Below, piece by piece: positions 1 to 13,060 of a DNA stretch of 64,000 nt. Numbering within the stretch: position 1 is the stretch's first letter; every line of letters starts with the position of its first letter. The stretch is from Eledone cirrhosa (taxonomy: Eukaryota): contig OZ024741.1 of NCBI GenBank assembly GCA_964016885.1, forward strand, positions 149,730,001 to 149,794,000, in the 5' to 3' direction. Under the pieces are notes generated by a model. That model was not told where the DNA came from. It worked only from the letters and a program-made list of their open reading frames with translations, and searched no databases. The position numbers and the translations under genes are program-made.

Positions 1-246
1 AGTTTCAGAGTGAAACTTCTTACTGGTACTTTGAATCAGCATTTGAACATTTATAAAAAGGAAATATTTTTAATTTGCTGTTCCTGCAAATTTCTACAAT
101 GTTCAGTCATTGGGATTTTTCTTAGTTCTGCTTTTAGTATTTGTTGTTTGTGAACTCTGGTGCATTCATATAAAGAATTACCAGCACCATTTATTCATCT
201 AATGATGTTAAAAATAAAGCAAGTTGAAGAGATGTAAAAACCATAC

Positions 247-399
247 CTTAGCTGGTGGTTGTTGATTAGCTGGGGGACGTCTTAACTGGCAACTGCTTTT
301 ATTATTCTGAGTTTTGTTATTTATTCCAGGTTTTTTAACACTCGAGGTCCGATCGTTCCGTACACTCAAAGGAGAATCACTTTGCTGAGGTGAAGACGA
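247..399 (-). CDS. SIN3A: Sin3A-like coding exon 9 (SSSPQQSDSPLSVRNDRTSSVKKPGINNK...CQLRRPPANQQPPAK); the gene continues out of the window
   Basis: Resembles the human PAH2-PAH3 linker SVRNDHGGTVKKPQLNNK...CQIRR. ACTAG acceptor, AAG|GTATGG donor, 153 nt. Confidence 0.9.
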
Positions 400-809
400 C
401 TAGTGGACATGAAAGAAGAAAAAAAAAGTTTGGCTTTATTTTTTACTGCTTGTGAATATTTTATCACTTTCATTAGCATATTTTCAATGAAAGACTGTCT
501 ACTTATTTCAAATAATCAACAATTTAGAGGGGTTTTAGTAATATAACTTTCTCAAACAAAGCTTCTTACATAAAATTATTATGGAAGGTTTTAAATTTAA
601 ACACTGTAACCCCTTTGTTACCATATGTCTATAATTGCTCCGACTACCCCAATACATGACTGGCACTTATTTTAATTAACCTTGAGATACAAGAAAAAAG
701 AAAATGACCAAATAATGCTACACAATCCACTTGATGTACCAGAAAAGATTTCATCTTTATGTAGGACACACATATATCTTCCATGGGGGAAGACAGCAAG
801 ATTTAAGCC

Positions 810-1143
810 CATCATCATCATTTTACGTCCGCTTTTCCGCTGCTTGCAAGGGTGGGACGGGAACTGATTCTGGCTTGATTTCTACAGCTGGATGCCCTTC
901 CTAACACCAACCTCATTTACAGTGAGTGCTGGGTGCTTTTTTTCCATGGCGCCTACACGTCCACTTTGCAGTGGAATGATAGGGACCCCAGTCCTATCAT
1001 CTCATTTCTACAGCTGAGTAAACTGGAGCAATGTGAAATAAAGTTTCTTGCCCAAGGAAACAACACATCACCCGGTCTAAGAATTGAACTCACAACCTTT
1101 CGATTGCAAGGCCAATGCTCAAACCACTAAGCCATGTGCCTCC
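810..1143 (-). mobile_element. tRNA-derived SINE, family A, full length with (GAT)n tail
   Basis: Reverse complement of 7357-7703, with A/B-box head and GAT tail. Confidence 0.9.
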
Positions 1144-1840
1144 ATCATTCTAAATCCGTTTTCCATATTGGCATGGGTTAGATGGGCTGCCATGGCCCAA
1201 GGCTAGGTTGCTCAACAATTATAGTGTTTCTTATTGCTTAAAATGGTGATAAATGAAATAACCATCCAGGGCAGCTGTGGGTTGGCAAAATCGGTTGGTA
1301 TCTGTTCCAACAGTGTGTTCTAAGTTCAAATCCTGCCCCCTGTCACTGGAAGTCCTCTGTCATTAAAACAGTCAAGTAACCTCCTATAAGAAACACCCTC
1401 ATTTGCTAAACATATGCAAATGTGAGCTGTACTAACACCTGCTTTCAATAGAGAGCTTTAACACTCCATAGTACTTATTTAAAAGGAGTACAAAACCAAG
1501 ATAACTATTAATGACTAATCAGCAGACAAACTAACAATCTATTAACAGATTCAGGAAATAATACATCTATTCTTTTATTGATTTCAGTCATTAGACTGTG
1601 GCTATGCTGTACTTATTTGTTTTCAAATCTAGTACTTATTTTATTGATCACTGTTATTGTACCACTCAATTATGAGCACATAAGCGAACATAAATGTAAA
1701 CAGAGACATGAACACAAACAGGCTTCTACACAATTTCCATCTACTAAATTTCACTCACAAAGCATTGGTCAAGCTGAAGCTATAGTAACTCTTTTATAAG
1801 ATTTGCCCTTTTTTTTTTAGAGGGTGGAAAGTATACCTAC

Positions 1841-1984
1841 ACAGTTTATATATGAAGAACCATTGGCATCTGGAAGAAACTGACCAAACTCCTTGAGAAG
1901 GTCTTCCTGATTGTGGAATAATCTAGCCACCTGGGAGTAGACTTCCGCTTCAGTGAGAGGTTTACAGCCAGGTTGATTGATACC
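1841..1984 (-). CDS. SIN3A: Sin3A-like coding exon 8: end of PAH2 ([48 protein letters not shown])
   Basis: Translated by hand. TTTAG acceptor, TGT|GTAGGT donor (phase 0), 144 nt. Confidence 0.95.
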
Positions 1985-2049
1985 CTAAATAAATGTTTAA
2001 AATAGTGATTTTAACATAAAAAACAAATAATTTTGAAAATAATCACGAA

Positions 2050-2380
2050 TACTGCCACTTTACAGAGTGTACTGTGTGCATTTTATTGACACCAGCACAA
2101 TAATTTTACAGATTATAATGAGATCATTTTATTGTGGCTCCAGCACAACTATTTTACAGAGTATACTGGGTACCTTTTATCATGGCACCAGCAATATCAC
2201 TTTACAATGTACACTGTGTACCTTTTATTCTGGTTCTAGCATACCACTTGTGTACTGAGTAAATTTTATCATAGCATCAATAAAGTTTAGCAATAGCATA
2301 AGTAAATTTTATCATAGCATCAATACCTACAACTAGACAGTGTCCTGGGTACATTTTATTATGGCACCAGCACATTTTAT
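2050..2380 (+). repeat. Degenerate ~45-bp tandem repeat (CACTTTACAGAGTGTACTGGGTAC..TTTTATCATGGCACCAGCAC), SINE-related
   Basis: About 7 imperfect units; the same motif occurs singly inside SINE-like copies (10295, 14370, 30150). Confidence 0.7.
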
Positions 2381-2456
2381 TTTACAGAATTAAAGGGAAT
2401 GTTAAAAGCATTTTCATTTACATAAAATAAAGGGCAAAAGACAAAACAACACTAAC

Positions 2457-2543
2457 TTCCTTCAAATTCCTTTGTTCCTTCTGGTAGGTGTGCAAGATCT
2501 CCAAGAAAGCTTTGTAGACTTCAGGCTGGCCTTGGAATCTATT
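2457..2543 (-). CDS. SIN3A: Sin3A-like coding exon 7: PAH2 ([29 protein letters not shown])
   Basis: Translated by hand (not in the ORF track). AAACAG acceptor, GAA|GTTAGT donor, 87 nt. Confidence 0.96.
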
Positions 2544-2679
2544 CTGTTTAAATAAATCAATAGTAATAACACTATTACAGTTAGTATATATATATATGTA
2601 GCAAATACTTATTATTTAAACAAACAAGACCTCAAAAAAAGGTGAATGCACACATTGTTTGCTTAAACTTATAAACTTC

Positions 2680-3660
2680 AAATATATATTGAGGATGAAA
2701 CAGGCTCACTCCTCACAGACAAGACTAATACTAATGTTATCAAAAGATGGTCTGAGTATTGCAAAAACCTTTATAACCACAAACTCAGATATAACACCAA
2801 CATCCAGGATAATTCTAAAAGAAAAGAGAACTTGGGGATACTCCAATTTTCCAAGAGTAAGTTCAAGAAGAATGGAAAAAACAACAACCCATCGGAGCTC
2901 CTAAAAGACGCTATCAAGGCACATGTCAGAAGACATAGGAAACGAAACAGTAGCTAAAGGTGTAGATCCAATCATTGATGACACTTGTTCCCAAAAAAGG
3001 CAACTTAAGTCTCTGCCACAATTATAGAACAGTTAGGAAGCAGTGAAGCAGAACTCCAAGAGCTCACCACCAGGGTGGGAAAGGTGCCAGGAGCATACAG
3101 AAAGGAGATCAATTCAGAAAAGAGCAAGATTCTAGTTAATATTCATAACTAGAATACAGTAACTAGCATCATGAAGAAGTGGACACCTTCAAGTACCTAG
3201 AATCCATTTTGATCAAGAGCAAGCAGATTACTAAAGAAGGTGACAAGACTCAGCCTGGTCTAATCATATGGAAAAGCAACTCCATTAGTTTTCCAACAAA
3301 GCTCAAATTGTACAAGTCCCTGGTGACCTTGATACTTTTGTATGGGTGTGAGAGCTGGACTCTTACAGGTGACTTGGAATGAAAAATCTAGGCATTTAAA
3401 CATAAGTGCTTCAATAGGCTGTTATGAATCCTGTACACGGAGCACAAAACAAACAGTTTCGTCAGGCAAGTTAATATGCTGGCAGACAAGAACCACTCCT
3501 TGTGATGGTGAAAAGATGGCAGCTACCTGGCTTCGTCACTTCGTCACATATCCTGCCATGACTCCTTGTCTAAAACCAGCCCTCAGGGCACAGTTGAGGG
3601 AGGATGAAGAAAAGGCGGACAGAGAAAATTGCAGTCCTAATGAAAGACGCTACCTATGAC
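2680..3660 (+). mobile_element. Decayed RTE-clade LINE fragment (RT C-terminal region)
   Basis: FKYLES, KLYKSLVTLILLYGCESWTL and a GR(Q)RK-like C-terminus, with many frameshifts. Confidence 0.75.
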
Positions 3661-4770
3661 TTTCTTAATATCGAAAATAATTCAGATTTTGAAGACACCT
3701 GGTAAAATAAACTTCTCATTATTAAGCTAATGATTGCAACATAAAAATTATGGTGGATTTTTAGATAAGTATAAACACTTTAAAACAAACAGTTTTATAT
3801 TATAGAACCAGGGGCAGTTTCAGGTAGTTTGGTATCAAAAGGGTTTTTAACGAAACCCCTTGATATTACAAATATACTGTTGACCTCACACATACTGTAA
3901 TGAATTTGATATGGCCATCCCCACATATCAATATGAACAATCAATAAATAAGTCATTACTTTGTGAAAGGATTTAAATTACACACACACATTGCACTTTG
4001 AAGAGTCTTTCTACTATGCAAGAAACACACAGTTAAGCAAATCACACAAGTGTGATAAAAATATTTTTGAGAAACCAAACAAACTAGTTAATGAATATTT
4101 AATGGGTTTGTTAACAAAGAAATACACTTTAACCTGTGAACATGTGTTTTCTACTGGAAGAATGACCCTTTCAAATTACAGTGATATCTGTTTTAACACC
4201 GTTTTATATACAAGATCTGTCAATATATATATTACATATATAAATATATATATATTCATCACCATTTAATGTCTATTTTCCATGCTTACATGGGTTAGAC
4301 AGGTTATGTTCTGAGGCTAGATAAGGCAGGCAATCACATCTTGCTCATATATTCCGTTTTGGGCTTGATTTTTACAGCTGGATACCCTTCCTTATGCCAA
4401 CAGGGTAGACTGCAAGCTTCTTGTCATGCCATCAGCACTAGTGTCTATGAGCAAGTAACTGAGCATTCCACATACATGTATCCTTAATGTAGTTTTCAGG
4501 GAGATTCAGCATGACTGTGCGTGACAAAGCTTGCCCTTTGAATTACATGTACAATTTTTTTTTCAGCTGGACTGGAGCAACATGAAATAAAGAGTCTTGC
4601 TTAAAGACAACATGTCGCCGAGAATCAAATTCATGACTTTATGATCATGAGTCAAACACCATAAGCATTAAGCCATGCACCTTCACTAAATAATACCTAG
4701 GCAAACACATAGCTAATGATAAAAATAAGAATGTGGTATCAGAGATAGACAAATATATAAATAAACAAAC

Positions 4771-4959
4771 CTTAATTTTATTAACATAGTTAATAGCATG
4801 GTTAAACTCTACTGGCTGACTTGTTGGTTGACCTTGAGGGTTACTGTGCTGGTTGGTGGTCGGTATGTCTGTACCGACTCTTGAAGATTGGTTCTGAGAA
4901 TGCTGACTTGTAGCACAGCCATTTGGAGAAGAACCAGGGACATTATTGGCCAAATTTTT
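4771..4959 (-). CDS. SIN3A: Sin3A-like coding exon 6: linker plus start of PAH2 (QPVEFNHAINYVNKIK)
   Basis: PAH2 signature. ATTCAG acceptor, AAG|GTTTGT donor, 189 nt. Confidence 0.95.
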
Positions 4960-5125
4960 CTGAATTGGAGCAAAAAACATATAAGTCTACAACAAAACTT
5001 TTTTTTTTGAAAATCTTTCATAGACACAGACGTTAGCTCTTAACATCCTGTACCATATGAAGCCACATTAACAAGACATTCTTGAAAAATACAAAACAGT
5101 ACTATCATTGCATCACATTAAAATA

Positions 5126-6269
5126 CAAGGGTGGGCTGAAAAGTTTATAGGTTGACTGTGAAAGAGTGATGCTAGATCTGTGAAATCTTACATGCATTAA
5201 TTTCAACTCTATGTATCAATAACAATATTGTTTATTTCCAGGTAAACTGACATCAGACTGTTCAAAGAAGACTGCAAAAGTAACTAGTAATGACTTCTCT
5301 TGAAAATGGACAAAATTTGGTATTGTGGTGTTATCAAGTACCTGCAGAAAGAGAGTTTAGCCTCCAAGGAGATGGTTGCTACTCCAGTTTTATTAACAGT
5401 GCAAAAGTGGGCAGCTGAATTTAGAGGGTGAAGGGAGAGTCTTGAAGACGACCCAAGGTCTGGACGTCTTGCAACTGCCACCACTGAGGAAAGCATTGAT
5501 CATGTTCAGCACTTGGTGATGGATGACAGGCGATTGACTATAAATCAATTAGACAATGCTATTAGCATATCCCGTGAGATAAGAATATTTTGCACAATGA
5601 ACGTTTCTGTTTGATGGGTGCCACTACTTATGACACATGATAAAAAGCACACCAGGCTACTCATCACAAGCATATCTGATATTGTTTGCGGCAGATCCAA
5701 CTGGTTTCCTTGAACGCTGCTTAACCCAGGACGAGTGTTGTGTTCATCACTTTCAGACAAAGAAACAATCCATGCAGTGGAAACTCCCCTCCTCACCTGC
5801 TCCAAAGAAGGCCAAGGCCATTTCATCTGCAGGGAAGGTGATGGCTGCAGTTTTTTTTTTAATGCAAAAAGCATTGTGTTTATTGACTATCTTCAAATGG
5901 GCCACACCATCAATGGAGAGTACTATGCCAACTTGAGGCAGTTACGAAAGGATATGAAGACCACACGCCCAGAAAAAAACTGATGAAAGGAGTCGTTTCA
6001 CCAAGATAATGCTCCAGTACATAAGCCCTTGGTTTCAATGGCTGCAACTTTGAACTGGTTGATCCTCCCAATTCTCCTGATTTGGCCCCATCTGACTTTT
6101 ATCTGTTCCCTGGGAGGATGAAAGCTTCTTCACCAATGGGACCCAAGCACTGCAACACTAATGGAAGAAGTGTGTGGACCGCAAAGGGAACTATATTGAA
6201 AAATAAACCTCATTTGGTCATTCCATGAGAGTATCTTGGTCAACCTATGAACTTTTTAGTCGACCCTCG
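5126..6269 (+). mobile_element. Decayed Tc1/mariner transposon, copy 1
   Basis: TA-flanked imperfect TIRs (CAAGGGTGGGCTGAAAAGTT / AACTTTTTAGTCGACCCTCG). Transposase remnants include WVP, QDE, SAGKVMA, HQDNAP and SPDLAPSDF. Confidence 0.9.
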
Positions 6270-6544
6270 TAAGTTTTTACTCAAATATTGTAAATTTTCA
6301 CAACACTATTCTGTCTAACAGTAAAGATATTATAAAAACTTGAATTAATAAACTTGTGTTTTTGTTATTTTCTGCTAAATCAGTTAAAATAGTTTAGTAT
6401 CATACAAACATAAGCAGTTTCAGAGTTTTGCACCATACTTTCCTAAATGTAATAGTAACTTTTTCTTTTTTTACTTTCAACAATAAATATGAATGAAGAG
6501 ATAGTGGTAGGAATTAAGGGAGACAAAATAAACAAGAAACTCAC

Positions 6545-6749
6545 TGTATATCCTGGCCCTGGGGTTGATGTTGGTAGAGCACTGTTGGTAATGGAAACAA
6601 CTTGCTGGTTCGGTTGTGTGACATTTATTTCATTAGCTTGCACCTCTATTTTGTAGCCAGGAGGAAGAAATGTATTGAAACCAACTATTAACTCTGGATG
6701 TCCCTTGAACAAGTTGGATACTCGGTTGATCACTCCAGGAGTATCAATG
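6545..6749 (-). CDS. SIN3A: Sin3A-like coding exon 5: rest of PAH1 ([37 protein letters not shown]...)
   Basis: PAH1 signature. TTCTCAG acceptor, ACA|GTGAGT donor, 205 nt. Confidence 0.97.
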
Positions 6750-7356
6750 CTGAGAAATTAAAGTGAAACGAACTAAATAAGTAAATGAATACTTTGCGGT
6801 GCATCATCAATAATCCCTTAAGTGTGCCACCAAGTTAGGTCAAATCTGTCAAATATTTGGCTGTGAAATGTATTTGATATCCGACAACTTTGTATCTAAT
6901 TGGAAACCTGACTAGTGATACATGATTTGTTACTTGTTTTACTAGTTTCAGTCATTAGACTCTGGCTATGCTGGGGCACTGCCTTCAAGAACTTCAAATC
7001 TGGGACTTATTTTACTGATATCTCTCAGTCAAAAGGCTAAGTTATGAATTATAAATACACATATACATGTGTATTCAGTTTAGAACAGGTACATCATAAC
7101 CCTGCATATTGTAAGAAGTAACTGGAAATGGTTGATATTAGGAAGGACATTTGATTGTAAAACATTGCCTCAAAAAGTCCCATCCAACCCATGACAGCAT
7201 GGAAAAGTTAACCTAAAAACAACAATGAAATTTATACATGAAAGTGTGTGACTAAGTGATTTGGGTGTCAGACTCACAATCTTAAGGTCGCATGTTTGAT
7301 TCCAGGACCAAGTGACACATTGTGTTCTTGAGCAAGACATTTCATTTCATATATAT

Positions 7357-7703
7357 GAAGGCACATGGCTTAGTGGTTAGAGCATTGGCCTTGCAATCGA
7401 AAGGTTGTGAGTTCAATTCTCAGACTGGGTGATGTGTTGTTTCCTTGAGCAAGACACTTTATTTCACATTGCTCCAGTTTACTCAGCTGTAGAAATAAGA
7501 TGATAGGGACTGGGGTCCCTATCATTCCACTGTAAAGTGGTCGTGAAGGTGCCACGGCAAAAAAGCACCCAACACTCACTGTAAATGTGGTTGGTGTTAG
7601 GAAGGGCATCCAGCTGTAGAAATCAAGCCAGAATCAGTTCCCGTCCCACCCTTGCAAGCAGGGAAAAGCGGACGTAAAATGATGATGATGATGATGATGA
7701 TGA
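7357..7703 (+). mobile_element. tRNA-derived SINE, family A, full length
   Basis: A box TGGCTTAGTGG, B box GAGTTCAATTC, (GAT)n tail; preceded by an older partial head at ~7245-7350. Confidence 0.9.
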
Positions 7704-8350
7704 TAATATATATATATATATATATATAACAGATATAGATAGGTTTGAGCTATAATTTCATTTCATATATATATATATATAACAGATATAGATAGATAGA
7801 TCGATAATGTGTGTATATAAATTAATGAGTTAAAAAAGTTTGTAGAAAGCCTTCAACTACACATATAGTTATCCATTTGCCCATCTAACCCCGATTAAAT
7901 TAACAACCATAACCAGATGCTTAGTTTTCCTAATAAGGTGGTAGTGCTGTACCACTCTGTAAGGTGGTTGTAGAGGTGGTGCCATGAAAAAAACTCTCAG
8001 TACACACTGTATGTTCATCTGACCACTGTCTGACATTAAAATTTAATAATCCAGCTAATCCCATGCACTCATGGAAAATAGATGTTAAGTGGTGATGATT
8101 CATCTGTGTGATTCTTAAGGACATGCCAGATGTTCAGTTACGTGTTAAAATGGTGTGGAGGGATCATCTACAAATTAAACAAGCTAGTGTACAAGTGGTA
8201 TGGGATAACAGTTTATGAAACTATTTGGAAATGTTTATTAGAATAAATATAAACACTTTAAAATAATATTTTGTATCATAGAACCCCAGCTGGTTTAGTA
8301 TCAAATGGGTTGGTTGATTTACAAGGTGAACAAATAAATAATTCCCTTAC

Positions 8351-8565
8351 GTTTGAGATTTAAATTCTTTCATGATGTCCAAAAAGTCGTTGTAGACCTG
8401 TGGTTGAGTACCAAATTGTAATTTAACTTGGTCCAGGTAAGACAGAGCATCTTCAACCTTGAGCCTTTGGAACTGCTGCTGCTGCTGTTGCTGCTGCTGC
8501 TGTTGCTGTTGTTGTTGTTGTTGTTGCTGCTGCTGCTGCCCCTGTATCGGGGTGTTACCATGTGT
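8351..8565 (-). CDS. SIN3A: Sin3A-like coding exon 4: polyQ plus start of PAH1 ([40 protein letters not shown])
   Basis: Near-identical to SIN3 PAH1. TCTAG acceptor, AC|GTAAG donor, 215 nt. Confidence 0.97.
8473..8538 (-). repeat. Coding CAG/CAA repeat, 22 Gln
   Basis: 66 nt of CTG/TTG triplets on the + strand inside exon 4. Confidence 0.95.
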
Positions 8566-8872
8566 CTAGACAATAGAAAGGAAGAAATGTAACAATGTCA
8601 AATAAATTAGATTGAAGCAATGCTGTAATAAAGTAGATAATTGTTCCTCATATATTGCTTATACCACCAGTGTACAAGTTGCACCTTTCTCATGAAAATA
8701 TATGACAAACCAGCATATGACTTATCCACTGAACCTACAAAACTGCAATTCAAAATAAATGGGTCATTGTAAACATTGCATCTAAAATTGAGCTGTGACT
8801 TATCTACTGGACATACAAAACCTCAATTCAAAATATATTGTACAGTGTAAAATGGGTATGTGACTTGTACAA

Positions 8873-8910
<38 letters not shown>

Positions 8911-10479
8911 ACATACACACTTAAGTATAAATTGCACTGCGTTAAACGAAAATATGTGATAAACCACTGTATGACTCACCAACTAAAGCTACAAAACTAC
9001 TATTCAAAATATATGGTACATTTTAATTATCTACATTATCAAAGGAAGGTAAATGCGAACCATAGTTTAAGGAACAATAAAATACTTTGCTGTGTAAGCT
9101 GTAAGTGAATAAATATAAAGTAGAAATTAAATCTAAGTGAATTCAACATTGCATATACATGTGTGTGTGCATGTGAATATTTAAGTGTATGTGCATACAC
9201 ATTTGTATTTTATTTAATACTAATAGTCCAGTGCCATCAATAATGATGGCAATATAGTCCAGGATTGGTGTGCCATATATACTAAAATTGCTAAAAGTTT
9301 AGAATATGCTAATAATTTATTTCTAGGATATAATTTCATAAATGTTCAGTATATATTACAAATGGCATAGAGGATTAAATGTGTAAGATTGGAGAAATAA
9401 TTATTTACGGAGACATGTGTAAGATTAGAACTCAGGACCTTGAGATTAGAAAGTAAACATTGTAGCAACATGACTGAGATAGATGTATTTGTATTGTGTG
9501 TATAAATTCTAAGGAGTTACAGATGGAGATATATATGACTATACAAACACATGTAGTGCATTATTATGGTTGATGGCTAACTTCCAAATGCAATAAAAAT
9601 AAAAGTATTTTAGAGCAGTTGAATTTTCTTAAATGAAATATTGATTTTAAAAAAAGGATTTTATGGATAAATAGATACAAACAAAGATTGAAATAGGAAT
9701 TTCTTTCGTAAAACATGGGAAACCAAGTAAGAGATATTCAAGTGTCATGTTCTTTCTACAAGTTGTTAAACATTAATCATTTAGAAAGACAAGACAATAA
9801 TAGACTTTAAAAACCTGTGAAATGTGTGTGGACAATACTAACATAGAAGAATCGATTTTCTAAAGAGGGGAATAAAGCTAGTTTAAAATATAAATTATCA
9901 AAAACAAAACCAAAAAAATCATGCAGATTTAAAATGTTACTAAAAAATGTTTGTTTGTTTTTTAATTTCTTAGTTTTGCTTTCCTGAATCTAGTTTATTA
10001 CTCAAATGTTCTGAGTTCATTACTTCCCAGAATTGACTTTGATTTTTTTTTTTTATTGATCAATATTTATTATTGAAAAATTATGTATCAGTGATATACT
10101 AGTATAAATTAATCGAATATTATACTGAACACGAGTTTATTGAATACTTACTAACATTGTCATCTTTCTATGTTCACTTTCCATGCTGCCACAGTACGAG
10201 TCAGTTCTTATTCAGAGCTATTGTCCTATAAGCAAGCCACGGGGCCAATTTTGGCATGGTTCCTACAACTGGATGCATGTTCAACCACTTATCCCTTTAC
10301 AGAGTGTACTGGGTGCATTTTATTATGACCAACTGTTACAGAGATTGGGGGGGGGGGGGAGAAGTCACATCTCTATGACCTAGTCGCTTACACAGCTCCA
10401 TTCAATTTGGGGTGAAGTCACATCTCTGTGAAATGGTCACTTACAGTTCCATAGCAATGAAGGGAGATATCACATCTCT

Positions 10480-11790
10480 GTCATTGACCACGAAATAAAA
10501 TGTGAATACAACAATTTGGAGTTCTTCCACAATACAATTTTCATCCTACAATTAGCTACCATGAAATTTACAACAAAATAGTATGGATGAACAAAAATGA
10601 CAAAAGGATGATTATACAATTGTTTGCAATCCTCAACTCTATCCCTTACATACTTCCTTGACCAATAAAAACACTCAAAACTCCTTTGATCCCTTTCTCA
10701 TCCCAAAACCCAACCTCTACCAGAGAGTAACTACTTCTGTACACATTGTGTGGCCTAAACCATTGCCTTATCACAATTACCTGCCAAACACCCACTATTT
10801 CACAATACCTTACTACTTCCACAACTACCTTCAAGCGGTTCATATATAACAGAACTGCAGCAGTTCAGACAAAAAATATGGCTTATAATGATTGGAAAAC
10901 AAAATCACCCACCACAACTCATGCAAGACCATCAGCCAAACTGTGAAGGATGCCTTTAAGTTCTTTCATATCCTAAAATGCAGCGATCTTTTTGACAAGA
11001 GACCGAAAAGATGAAACATTATGGAATCCTCCTTTCTCCCATTTCTCTCAATCATTATAATTCTATAAGCAATACTTCCATGAAGGAAGCCTTCACATTG
11101 GCATTCACTTTGATCGAATTAAAAAAAAAGCCCAACTGCTATACATGTATGAATAAGAACCATATGGGGGAATTCTGTCCAGTGTTGGAAAAGCAAAAGG
11201 TAAGAGGATGGTGACAAAGGGCAACAAAAATAGCAAGGTTCTTGAAGCAAAGTCTATGGAGACTTGTAGGGGTTAAGGGGGAACAAATAAGAGGTTCAAA
11301 GTTTCTCATAAAGAGGTGCCCAACCACCAGAAATACCTGAACTCTGTGGTGATATATGAATAACCATAGACTACTTGATTTGGTAATGAAGCTAGAAATA
11401 GACAAACCACACTGTGCTGGTTAAGGACAAGATTAGGGAACTAATACCAGGACTTCCCAGATGGCAGATGGTTAATGAGAATCACATCAACAATCAGTAG
11501 TTAAGGGATTACTACCCATAGAATGTATGACTCTTCACAGTTGAACTAAATTTTGAAGAACTGAGTTTGCAGGTGATCAGAATCATATGGTCCTCTAATT
11601 CTAGTTAGGCATCGCTTCTCACCCCTGGTTGTTTATTTTTCTGTACAAACTTCTAATCAGTTTCAATGTTGTACTACGTTTATACCTCCCCAAATTTGTA
11701 TATTATATGTATGTACATCCTAACATATTTTATATTATTATATGCATATAGGCCCTTGTGGCTAACAAAAAAATTAGAACTGAATAACCA
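10480..11790 (+). mobile_element. Probable highly decayed non-LTR retrotransposon 3' region
   Basis: Coding-like composition without an intact ORF, ending in GCCCTTGTGGCTAACAAAAAAA; family not identified. Confidence 0.3.
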
Positions 11791-12957
11791 GGTGGTATTT
11801 TATTATCTCAAGATTTTCTATTCGTTAGAAAACCTACAGATGTTTATATTTCACAGATTCTCATAACATTCAATGTATTATTATTTATTTGTAATACAAC
11901 ACAGCTTACTTTACAAATATACCTTCCATATAACAGCAACCACTGCCCACAAAGACTGTGTGTGTGAAATTTGGTAGATAGAAACTGTATGGAAATTCGT
12001 CTGAGTGACACAGTAACCGATGAAAATGAGAACAAAGATAGCTCCCCCAATAAGAATTGCAATTCACAATCGTATTCTTTTGGCCATTACCCAAGATTCA
12101 TAACATTGGGTTATGGTAGACACAAAAATTGAATTAAAGATAACTAGTTTAGTTTTTACACCGACCTCCCTTTTAATGACTGAGTGTTGATAGAGTACAT
12201 AGCTCAGAGATCAGACTTGCTCTAGGTAGTGCTGACACTTCTCTGCATCGAGAGATCACAATTCCAATACTATGGACAGTGGTTAGAATATCTAAAGAAA
12301 GAAATGTTGGGCAGATTTTACAGGCTAAACCAACTGGCAACAAACCCATCACAAGCTTGGCTGGTCTTGTTTTAACGACCCTCTCAGGCGCAAGTGGGTG
12401 AAGAAAGAGGGGGAGGGGGGAATCGCGATTTTAATTTTCTTTTATTTTCTCTTTCAAAAAATCTTGCCCCAAAGACTATAATTTGTATGAAGCTGTTAAC
12501 AATAAATTTTGTTCCAGTTATAAACTATGTATTTGTACCTGGGAACATAATAGTGGAACTGTTTCAGTCATATGTGTGTGTGTGTCAGTGTTCATTCAGG
12601 ATGGGTAGGGCATTGCAAACTGATGCCACCCAAGCACGGTGATCACAGACACCCAACTCAGAAATTTGTCTGCCAATCATGATACCAACAGTGCACACCA
12701 TATATGCAAAGAACAGATATTAGCTTAAGATACAATTTGATTGTGCCAATCCATGTTTTCAAATGTCTACCTACCGTTTGCTCCATCCAGAGTGGCTTTG
12801 GCATGACTGCAATCAAGTTTCCCTTCATGTGTGACAAAACCAATGAAGACACTTTCTATTCCACAGCCCTGGTTTATCTCACATGGCTAATGACTTCAGA
12901 AAAGTATGAACCCCACAGCTTCCAGTTTTTTTTCACACACGCAACACAATGACTTAC

Positions 12958-13060
12958 CTGTTGTTGGCTTGGTGGTACATTGGCCGAAAGATGACCTGTT
13001 GGTTGTACTCCATGGTGACCATGATGGACAGATGATGTGTGATGGTTACTCTGGTTCACC
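12958..13060 (-). CDS. SIN3A: Sin3A-like coding exon 3 (His-rich VNQSNHHTSSVHHGHHGVQP...QQQ)
   Basis: ACACAG acceptor and CAG|GTAAGT donor; 103 nt, phases consistent. Overlaps ORF 12874..13074. Confidence 0.85.

Noticed and set aside
7357-7430. tRNA gene
   Set aside because: It is an A/B-box head continuous with a SINE body and tail, with no clean cloverleaf.
8370-8573. ORF with poly-S/N
   Set aside because: Wrong frame of the Sin3 polyQ/PAH1 exon.
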